DNA of 63,755 nt from Bacteroidaceae bacterium (GTDB taxonomy: Bacteria > Bacteroidota > Bacteroidia > Bacteroidales > Bacteroidaceae), in contig JAZONI010000128.1 of assembly GCA_045654445.1 (NCBI GenBank), positions 1-63,755 on the forward strand, read 5' to 3'. Position 1 is the stretch's first letter, and every line of letters begins with the position of its first letter. Positions 56,174-63,755 of the stretch are shown here, in pieces. The notes under the pieces were generated by a model. It worked only from the letters and a program-made list of their open reading frames with translations, ran no database searches and was not told the origin of the DNA. Position numbers and translations under genes: made by a program.

Positions 56174-57817
56174 ATGAAACATCGAGTAGCGCTATACTTA
56201 CTCCTCGTAGCCACCCTCTGCATGGGATGTGGCGGAAGCCTCAGTATGCGCCAACTAGAGCAATTGGAGGCACGGATGAACGATGCGCCGGACTCGGTGC
56301 TCACCGTGCTTACCGCTACCGACATGCCGCGCTGGGGCGAGCGTCGTGCGCTGTATGCCCTGCTGCGCACACAAGCCGACTACAAGTGTTTCGTACCCAT
56401 CACCTCGGACAGCCTCATCCGCTATGCCACCGACTACTATGATGGCAATCGCAAGAGCTACCGTGCAGCCATGGCCCACTACTCCTTGGGATGTGTATAC
56501 TCCGAGCTGAAGGACGATGCTGCTGCCATCGAAGCTTACCTACGGGCTCAGAGCCTTTTTCCCGATACTACGGTACGCTACTATCGATTATGCTATCAGA
56601 ACTTGGGACACCATTACTTAAAGAAGAATATGGCTGATGAGGCATTAACAGCATACACGCTTTACCATAATTCTGCAGAAGGCAACGAACAATTATGTGC
56701 AAGTATTGGCTTGGCACAATCTTATATTCACAAAGGACATTCGAAAGAAGCTGGTAAAATTTTAAAGGATTTACTCCTTTATCCCGATAACATTGCTGCA
56801 AAAGAACTTAAAATTATTCTCTTCGAGTTGGGAAAGATTGAGTATGCATTTAATAGGGATTACACCAAAGCCGAAGAATATTTTGACCAGCTTATCGCAT
56901 TGTACAACGAAAGTGAAGTAGCTGCTGCCTATTGGTTCAAAGGTGATATCGCTGAAACACGCGGAGACACGGAATCAGCCATACAATATTATAAAAGAGC
57001 TATGGCAGATGAAAACAACACCTATCTCCTCTATAATTGTGCCCGTAGCTTACAATATCTATCCATGGACTCCATTAAGCAGCCCGAGCTATACAATTAT
57101 GTAAAGCTCTTCGAGCAGATGGGCGATTCCATCCACCGCATTGAGCGCCGTACCGAGATTGACGAGATACACACCGCCCACGCCATGGAGCTGCATCAGC
57201 GTGAACTATCGGAGAAGCACAAAAGATTCATGTACATCGTCACATTGCTGCTCGTATGCCTACTGGCAACTATAGCTATCGGCGTGCTCCTTGTCGAGCG
57301 TCGTCGCAAGCAGCACTACTTCCATCTGCAACAAGAACTGCAGCGCAACCAGGCCAAGGTGTACAAGATGTACGAGTCCATCGAGGAGAAGCGCGACAAT
57401 GGAGCACTCATGCGCGAGCAGGTGCTTACGCTCTATCGCGCCAACCTGAGCGGTAGTATCGATCTTTTCCATCGTGAGAGTTGGCACAGACGACTGCAGC
57501 AACTCAGCGAGCTGCGCAGCAAGGACGTTCCCTCATTCACCATCAAGGAGCGTGAGCAATTGGCCGAGGTGCTCGAGCGCTGCTTCATCACCGTCATCAC
57601 CAACCTGCGCGACGAGGCAGCAAAACAAGACGGACGACTCAGTGCCGAAGACATCCACCTCTGCCTGCTGCTCTCGCTCGGATATTCCATCGGTGTCATC
57701 CGCGAATGCCAAGCCGCAGCAAGCGATGATGTCATCCGCAAGCGCAGAGTTCGACTCTCAGGCAAGCTACCCGAAGACCTCTTACAAGCAATCCAAAAAC
57801 CAGCCACAAACACCTAA
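56174..57817 (+). CDS. Membrane-anchored TPR sensor with cytoplasmic coiled-coil and LuxR/GerE-like HTH (one-component regulator, tentative)
   Basis: Signal/lipobox (LCMGCGG), ~330 aa of TPR-like repeats and one TM (MYIVTLLLVCLLATIAIGVLLV). The C-terminus LSAEDIHLCLLLSLGYSIGVIRECQAAASDDVIRKRRVRLSGKL resembles a LuxR-type HTH. Start moved to ATG 56174, because the track's 56051 start lies inside the upstream terminator hairpin. Confidence 0.6.
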   Translation: MKHRVALYLLLVATLCMGCGGSLSMRQLEQLEARMNDAPDSVLTVLTATDMPRWGERRALYALLRTQADYKCFVPITSDSLIRYATDYYDGNRKSYRAAMAHYSLGCVYSELKDDAAAIEAYLRAQSLFPDTTVRYYRLCYQNLGHHYLKKNMADEALTAYTLYHNSAEGNEQLCASIGLAQSYIHKGHSKEAGKILKDLLLYPDNIAAKELKIILFELGKIEYAFNRDYTKAEEYFDQLIALYNESEVAAAYWFKGDIAETRGDTESAIQYYKRAMADENNTYLLYNCARSLQYLSMDSIKQPELYNYVKLFEQMGDSIHRIERRTEIDEIHTAHAMELHQRELSEKHKRFMYIVTLLLVCLLATIAIGVLLVERRRKQHYFHLQQELQRNQAKVYKMYESIEEKRDNGALMREQVLTLYRANLSGSIDLFHRESWHRRLQQLSELRSKDVPSFTIKEREQLAEVLERCFITVITNLRDEAAKQDGRLSAEDIHLCLLLSLGYSIGVIRECQAAASDDVIRKRRVRLSGKLPEDLLQAIQKPATNT

Positions 57818-57837
57818 TATTCAAATATTTACCACCA

Positions 57838-57845
57838 CCCCCCCC
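57838..57845. repeat. Poly(C)8 homopolymer tract in the regulator-DUF3244 spacer
   Basis: accaccaCCCCCCCCatttt, counted directly from the sequence. Confidence 0.9.
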
Positions 57846-57926
57846 ATTTTCAAGACAAAAAGTAAGGACAATAAAATGTCTTGTTTTTGTCTTGCTCTTT
57901 TTTCGTCTGATACGCTGCATTGGGTC

Positions 57927-57934
57927 TACCTTTG
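57927..57934 (+). promoter_or_regulatory. Putative -7 box TACCTTTG for the DUF3244-like/lipoprotein operon
   Basis: Exact match followed by cagcg, 36 nt upstream of ATG 57970. Confidence 0.45.
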
Positions 57935-57969
57935 CAGCGTTTTTTATAATCATTAAAATTAAATTCTGT

Positions 57970-58308
57970 ATGAAAAAAGTTATTATGTTTGCTGCGCTGC
58001 TCTGTTGCGCATTGTCGGGTTTTGCCGAGAAGAAACCTATTAGAATAGAGATAGATGAACGGCCTCTTGAACGTACCGAAATTCAATTACCCACCGTCTC
58101 TATTGAGGAGAACCTATTGACCATTGAGTTCCCCTCAAGCACCACCTTCAGCGTGTCTATTGTGAGCAATGCCGGTGAAATGGTATACTCCGGTACATAC
58201 AGTGCAGAAATGGCGATCCTCACCTTGAGCAATCTTTCTGCAGGCGAGTACACCTTGGTTATCAAGGATGGAAGCCATGCCTATAGTGGTGAGTTTGATG
58301 TAGAATGA
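57970..58308 (+). CDS. DUF3244-like small exported beta-sandwich protein
   Basis: 112 aa with a signal peptide. LLTIEFPSSTTFSVSIVSNAGEMVYSGTY...LSNLSAGEYTLVIKDGSHAYSGEF is the pattern I associate with DUF3244. A -7 box lies at 57927-57934. Confidence 0.6.
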   Translation: MKKVIMFAALLCCALSGFAEKKPIRIEIDERPLERTEIQLPTVSIEENLLTIEFPSSTTFSVSIVSNAGEMVYSGTYSAEMAILTLSNLSAGEYTLVIKDGSHAYSGEFDVE

Positions 58309-58327
58309 TAGACATAAAAAAGGATAT

Positions 58328-60130
58328 ATGATGAAAAAGAAATTTATTTTGGCTATCTTTGGCATTAGTTTGCTATTTACGGCATGCCAAGAAGAAACGT
58401 ATTTCAACGAGTATTGTGGGGATGACAGCAGTTCGTCTATACTGACCGAAACGATGAAACTGATAGGTGACAACTACGACCATGTGACCTTACCTGACTT
58501 AGGGAAAACCTTGGGTGGAAACACTGCTACCCGTGGACGTGGCAGCAAGAAGCACTCCATGTCTTTGGAGGATGAGGATTTCACCTTCGACTGGAACAAT
58601 GCAGAAATCATCAGTAGCAGTAAGGCTGAAGCCGCCATCGTGTCTGTGAAGCAAAACAAGGAGATAGCTTTACAGAGCGTAGTGGCGAAAGGGAATCTCC
58701 ATCGCGAAGAGACCACACCGTTACACTCCATCCTCTATGTACGCAAGTTTCTCAATGACGGGAAATCGTATGCCCATATCCTCTCCTTTGCGCCAGACAG
58801 AGACTATGCCAACGCTTGCGAAGAGCGGGGCGAAGAGATGCAGCTATACCCCAATCCACAAGGGAGCAACTATAGCGGTATACTCTTTGTTTCCAACATT
58901 TACGGCGAGATTTCCCACGGCATACGTTATGAGAATGGCCGCATGTGCCACTACATCCTGCCCCGTTCGGAGAAGAACAGGGATTTCATAGAGAAGTACA
59001 GAAGTGAGCACTCCGAGTGTCACGGCACCGAACATTGCGACTCAGCGCATACACACACGAAAATGAGCATGAGTTTCATTACCGTCAGCGGCGCCACTCG
59101 CAGTACCTATTCCACCCGTAGCGAGTACACTGGTGGTGGCAGCAGCGGTGGCAGTGGTTACACTTGCAGCTTCTGCGGAAAAGATGTTTATGATTGTACT
59201 TGCGTAGAGATTGTGGCCTGTGGCGTATGCAAGAAGGACCCCTGTGTATGTTATGAAAACATGGAACCGGAAGAGGAGGAAAGATGTGTTTATTGTGGAT
59301 TCCTGAAAGAATACTGTCAATGCTATAATGATTCTTGGCAAGATGATTATGGTAACTCGCATGGGCCTAATCCAGGAAATCCCTATCCCAATAATCCTGG
59401 CAATAACTCGGGAGGGAATTCGGGGAATGATGGAAACACTAATTCTAAGCCGAGTGAAGATGTACTATTGTTAGGCAAAATAAGTTCCACGATAACTGGT
59501 GCAAATATTGATAGACTGAATTCTGCATTAGCAAGTTTTAAAATAAATCCTTTTTGTGCAAAGATTTATGCACTGCTATCGGCTGAGGATATAAACCCTG
59601 ATGTCACGTTTTCTATTGAACAGCATTATGATAAAGATAACAACAAGATCGAAGCAGGCTTTATGCCAGAATACAATAAGATTGTATTCTTCAATGGCAC
59701 TTATATCGATTATGAGCACATATTGGAAGAGCTGATACACGCGACTCAATTCCATTGTTTTGACAGTGAGAAATTCACAAATTCAAAAGGCAATATCGAG
59801 TTAGAAGCTAAAATGACTAAAGATCTTATCCGTCATTTAACCTATGGGTGTTGTGATACCTACTTGACGAGTTTTTACGACATAAATAGCGAATTAATGA
59901 AGGAGTATACTGAATGGTTATATTATGGAGATAATACTGAAAATAAAGAAAACCCTGAAAAGCGTAAGCCTAAAGATTATAGCAATTATGATTCTTGGTA
60001 TCAGAAATTATTGCCAGACTTTAATTATCCAGGAGTAACTGTAAATATGAAAGATACTACCCATCCTTTTTTAGATGAGTTTTATAAAGAAATAAAAGAC
60101 ATAAAAATAGAAGACAATGAAGACAATTAG
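58328..60130 (+). CDS. Modular surface lipoprotein: N-domain, 3x Cys-knuckle, G/N/P linker, AT-rich C-terminal domain with EELIHxxQ motif (candidate effector)
   Basis: 600 aa. The lipobox LLFTAC is followed by QEE (acidic surface-export-like signal). C280-C332 carry three CxxC-x(4-6)-CxC units. aa 340-376 are Gly/Asn/Pro-rich. aa ~378-600 are encoded by markedly AT-richer DNA. Confidence 0.75.
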   Translation: MMKKKFILAIFGISLLFTACQEETYFNEYCGDDSSSSILTETMKLIGDNYDHVTLPDLGKTLGGNTATRGRGSKKHSMSLEDEDFTFDWNNAEIISSSKAEAAIVSVKQNKEIALQSVVAKGNLHREETTPLHSILYVRKFLNDGKSYAHILSFAPDRDYANACEERGEEMQLYPNPQGSNYSGILFVSNIYGEISHGIRYENGRMCHYILPRSEKNRDFIEKYRSEHSECHGTEHCDSAHTHTKMSMSFITVSGATRSTYSTRSEYTGGGSSGGSGYTCSFCGKDVYDCTCVEIVACGVCKKDPCVCYENMEPEEEERCVYCGFLKEYCQCYNDSWQDDYGNSHGPNPGNPYPNNPGNNSGGNSGNDGNTNSKPSEDVLLLGKISSTITGANIDRLNSALASFKINPFCAKIYALLSAEDINPDVTFSIEQHYDKDNNKIEAGFMPEYNKIVFFNGTYIDYEHILEELIHATQFHCFDSEKFTNSKGNIELEAKMTKDLIRHLTYGCCDTYLTSFYDINSELMKEYTEWLYYGDNTENKENPEKRKPKDYSNYDSWYQKLLPDFNYPGVTVNMKDTTHPFLDEFYKEIKDIKIEDNEDN

Positions 60131-60641
60131 TTTTGTATTAATGACTGTAGCATTGATTTTCTCATTTGAAATGAAAGCTCAATGCTCATATGAAAAATCC
60201 GGGAATCTTTTTGAGTTACGATATACTCCAACGTCAAAAGAATCTAAAGGTAACCTTATGAAATTCAAAACAGGTGACCCAAACTATGAATATCTACAAG
60301 CAGAAGTATACAATCAACTTGTGCTATGCAACTATCAAAAACAACTATCTGATGCTTTTGCGGATGTATTGCCTATTGAATTGCGAAAATCGATGAAGAA
60401 TTTGAAGATTTTCATGCGTTTCAAAATGGATGTTTCTGGCAATATTCATGACATAAGTTTTACATCTAAAGAGGATTTTCAGCACATAATTACCAAAGAA
60501 TGGTTGGAAATGATAGTAAACACCATACAATCAATAAATGTATCAATAACAGTAGATGAAACAAAAATAGAGTCGTATTATAAGGATAAGGAAGGTTTGT
60601 TTTGGGTTCATTTCACCTTTCCACCTTATTATTGGAAATAA
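60117..60641 (+). CDS. Small exported protein, 14-nt overlap with upstream lipoprotein gene (candidate cognate partner/immunity)
   Basis: 174 aa with a signal peptide (MTVALIFSFEMKAQ). It has the same low-GC composition as the 3' cassette of the upstream gene. Its ATG 60117 lies inside the upstream ORF, whose stop is at 60128-60130. Confidence 0.6.
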   Translation: MKTISFVLMTVALIFSFEMKAQCSYEKSGNLFELRYTPTSKESKGNLMKFKTGDPNYEYLQAEVYNQLVLCNYQKQLSDAFADVLPIELRKSMKNLKIFMRFKMDVSGNIHDISFTSKEDFQHIITKEWLEMIVNTIQSINVSITVDETKIESYYKDKEGLFWVHFTFPPYYWK

Positions 60642-60688
60642 CAGAAATAATACTCCAATAATATCTATAATTGTTTAATATCCGCAAT

Positions 60689-62134
60689 ATGCCCACCCTC
60701 TTCACAACCCAACAGTCATCAGCAAGTACAGCGATAATTCGTTCTCTTGTGAAGGGGGCTATTGCCTTTGCTTGCCTGCAAGCCACTATCGTCTATTTGC
60801 AGATGATAGGGCTTGCATCCTCCAACCACGACACGTTTGCCGTGACTGGAACGTTCGGCAATCCAGCTCCTGTTGGAGGATTCTTGGCTATCTGTGCATC
60901 CTTGGCATTGCATCAGAGCTTCTATTCCACCAAGCGTTGCCCGTGGGTCGCCATTACCTGCTACCTATTGGTAGCCTGTGCACTGACCGACTCGCGGGCA
61001 GCTCTGTTGGGATTCATCGTAGCTATGGTGGTAGTCTTGCTTGTGAGGTTTCGCATCCCGAGCAAGCGGCTCAAGTATTCAATCTTTATCGGGCTTCCCA
61101 TTGTGGGTGTCTTGTTGGTTGCGGGCATGTATCTCTATCGCCCACAATCGGCCGACGGGAGGTTGCTTATCTGGAAGATATGCGTTAAACATATCATTGC
61201 CGAGAAACCATTGTTTGGACATGGCATGGGCAACTTTCACCGCGAGTATATGCCGGCGCAGGCTACGTACTTTGCATCGGGTCGTGCTACAGAGGCTGAG
61301 ATGTTGCTTGCATCAGACAATACACATGCATTCAACGAGTTTATACGCATTGCGTGCGAATATGGTATAATGGGAGTATTGCTGAGTGTTCTTCTTTTGT
61401 TTGTCATCATCTATAGTGGTGTCAATGAGTTTACCTCGCTGCGCGGTGGGGCTGTCGTAGCATTGGTGTGCGGCATCGTCTTTGCCTGTTTCTCCTATCC
61501 CTCCGATGTGCCGTTGCTTTGCCTGTTGTATACTGTATTGATAATCTGTGCCCTGCCACCGCTACCATTCGATAGGCGTAAACGGCATATATTGTATATT
61601 GGTATCAGCATCGTTGCCATCGTCCTTATTACCAGCAGCGCATCGCATGGTATTCGCTATCATCGTATGGAGAAAGCCTTGTCGAAACTCTTGGTCAGCG
61701 ATGACAAGGACAACAAGGCATATATCAAGAATGAGATCATAAACATTGCCGACAATGAGCGCATCCTCTCCCAATATGCCTACACATTATGTAAGAAAGG
61801 CCAATACAGGGATGCCATCCCTATACTGGAACGGAGCATATCACTGTTTCCTACGGCTGCAAAGGTGCTGGACTTGGGCGATGCCTACAAGGAAACCGAG
61901 CAATACGACAAGGCTGCCGAATGTTACGGAACGGCTGCCAATATGCTCCCTGCATATATCACTCCACCCTACAAGTTCTTTTCGTTGTACGAAGAACTGG
62001 GCATGAGCGATAGGGCACTCGAATATGCCGAACATATAGACACAATGAAGGTAAAGGTAGCGAACAAGCGAACCGAGAATATAAAAAAAGAGATATCGAT
62101 GTTTGTACTAGCTAACCCACAATCTTATAGGTAA
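60689..62134 (+). CDS. O-antigen ligase/Wzy_C-family membrane protein fused to C-terminal TPR repeats
   Basis: Polytopic N-terminal part with LTDSRAALLGF and NTHAFNEFIRIACEYGIMG (Wzy_C-like loop). The C-terminal ~130 aa are TPR-like (GQYRDAIPILERSISLFP...EQYDKAAECYGTAANMLP). Start at ATG 60689. Confidence 0.7.
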   Translation: MPTLFTTQQSSASTAIIRSLVKGAIAFACLQATIVYLQMIGLASSNHDTFAVTGTFGNPAPVGGFLAICASLALHQSFYSTKRCPWVAITCYLLVACALTDSRAALLGFIVAMVVVLLVRFRIPSKRLKYSIFIGLPIVGVLLVAGMYLYRPQSADGRLLIWKICVKHIIAEKPLFGHGMGNFHREYMPAQATYFASGRATEAEMLLASDNTHAFNEFIRIACEYGIMGVLLSVLLLFVIIYSGVNEFTSLRGGAVVALVCGIVFACFSYPSDVPLLCLLYTVLIICALPPLPFDRRKRHILYIGISIVAIVLITSSASHGIRYHRMEKALSKLLVSDDKDNKAYIKNEIINIADNERILSQYAYTLCKKGQYRDAIPILERSISLFPTAAKVLDLGDAYKETEQYDKAAECYGTAANMLPAYITPPYKFFSLYEELGMSDRALEYAEHIDTMKVKVANKRTENIKKEISMFVLANPQSYR

Positions 62135-62143
62135 CAACAAAAA

Positions 62144-63755
62144 CATGAAGATTAAGTGCACAATCATTATCACCCTCATCGCAACGGCAGCCATAGTCAC
62201 ATTCCTCCTCGTATACCACGCCTCGCACAGCACCGATGAGATGGTGCGCCGCCGTGCGGTGATAGCTTACTACCACTTCATGCGCTGCAGTGCCGAGAGA
62301 CGCGAGGCGGCACGCTACCTCCTTGACAATATGCCCTATCACTATGGCTATGGCGTGACAGTACACGACAGCAAGGAGGTGAAGCGCTGGGCAAAGGAGA
62401 CTACAGAGACCTTGCGCAACCTGCTGGATGAGTATGGGCTATATCAGATTCCCAGCGACACCATCCGCTCCCTCTGTGACGAGCGTCGTGCCGACAGCCT
62501 CGCCATGCAACGCATCGACAAAGAAGTGAGGTCGGAATTCATCCCTGTCACGGACGGCAGCCAAGTGACGACCGCTTTCCTCATCCGCCACATCAACCAT
62601 GCTTTCAAGGTGTGGCGCACATTACCATTTGCCAAGGATCTCACCTTCGATGAGTTCAAGGAATATATACTACCCTACAAGGCATTCAATGGCTATGGTT
62701 TCTTAGAGTCGGCCGATACCTATGCACACCTGTTCGAAGGGTTGATTGATGTGGATTCTATCAATAGCCGGGAAGATTGCATCCGTGCCTATAATTATGT
62801 ATTGCGCACGTTGCGCGACCTCACCGGACATAAGGAGTGCGAGGGCCGCAAAGGACTCTACGACCTCTTCTTCAGCCGTGCTCATGCCTGTGATGATCTG
62901 GCTGCGTATGCCTGCTGTATATTACGTTCAATGGGGGTGCCTGTTACCGTGGAGCATACCGTAGGCTATCGCTCTTTCACGGGCATGCACTATTTCTGCT
63001 CGCTCTACGATGCCGACAGCAAGGACTGGGAGACCTATAACCCTGAAGCCTCAGACCCTACGTTATATTGGGACGAAGAAGAGAACCTTAACATCTATCG
63101 CAACACCTACGGAGCACAACGGGATACACCCTACTTCCTCCATGCCGAGGGTGAGCATGTGCCCGACGAACTTTCCAATCCCTGCATGATAGATGTGACA
63201 GAGCATGTGAAGCCTATTCATTCGGTGACGTTACCTATCCACGGCTATGGAGAGAGCAACCTTGCCTACCTCGCCACCTTCAACCGCGCCATGCCCGATG
63301 CACTGCTGCATACGACATGGGGTGTCATCGACAAGGAGTATAGTATGGTTACTTTCGAACATGCAATGCCTCATGTACTCTACTTCCCCGTGTACTATCG
63401 CGGCACAACGATGGAGTTTTTCGGCACCCCGTTCTACCTTGACGAGAGAGGCTGCATGAACTACCTACCCCATGTGGATAGCGACAGTGAAGGGACAATG
63501 GAGGTAAGCCTCACGCGCAAGTACCCCCGCAAGAAGAACATGATAAAGGCTGCCGAGGAATTGGTGGGCAGTGTGTTTATCGGCAGTAACGACCGCAACA
63601 TGAGACAGGTCGACACGCTCTACCGCATTACTACCGCTCCCGACCCTGCATTTATGGAGTATCGCTTCGCCCATCCCAAGGCATATCAGATATACCGCTT
63701 CGATGCCTCTCCAGCTTCGGGAAAGGCACACATCGCCATGCTCGAATGGGTGACC
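62144..63755 (+). CDS. Transglutaminase-like cysteine-protease-fold protein with discoidin-like C-terminal region (3' end outside window)
   Basis: Frame hand-checked as open from ATG 62144 to the window end. N-terminal TM, core FSRAHACDDLAAYACCILRSMGVPV...GMHYFCSLYDADSKDWETYNP (Cys-His-Asp layout). It starts 10 nt after the upstream stop. Confidence 0.7.

Overview
Chromosomal window from a Bacteroidota genome, Bacteroidales and probably Prevotella-like. The taxon call rests on TAnnTTTG -7 promoter boxes, a T9SS C-terminal sorting domain, lipoprotein signals and gene content. I call about 58 protein genes and a tandem pair of tRNA-Asn(GTT). Most genes are housekeeping: leuS 3' end, rdgB, pdxB, succinate CoA-transferase, metG, fabG-etfBA-acyl-CoA dehydrogenase, gpmI, queG, ybeY, lpxL-like/msbA-like, purD, dusB, dgt, a PduO-type adenosyltransferase, and S41 and S9 peptidases. 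Three AT-richer, accessory-looking blocks interrupt them. (i) 8.8-11.8 kb is an operon led by a YidD-domain/TPR/membrane fusion. (ii) 14.2-26.3 kb is a 12-kb glycan island with two separate cytidylyl-activation modules. One is a LicC-like nucleotidyltransferase::PLP-fold fusion with an opine-dehydrogenase-family reductase and LicD. The other is an SDR::TagD-like fusion with a TagF-like phosphotransferase. The island also has a Wzx flippase and three glycosyltransferases, including a GT10 fucosyltransferase. (iii) 56.2-63.8 kb is an uncharacterised envelope module. It contains a transmembrane TPR/HTH regulator with a mosaic sensor, a DUF3244-like protein, a Wzy_C/O-antigen-ligase-like::TPR protein and a transglutaminase-like protein. 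It also contains a 600-aa surface lipoprotein with three Cys knuckles and an abruptly AT-rich C-terminal cassette that is overlapped by a small exported partner gene. That pair is my best candidate for a novel effector/immunity-type system. Several families of palindromic MITE/REP-like repeats fill intergenic spacers. One family brackets etfA and rewrites the 3' ends of four genes. I saw no rRNA, CRISPR, transposase, integrase or prophage genes. All homology statements come from motif recognition by eye, not from database searches.
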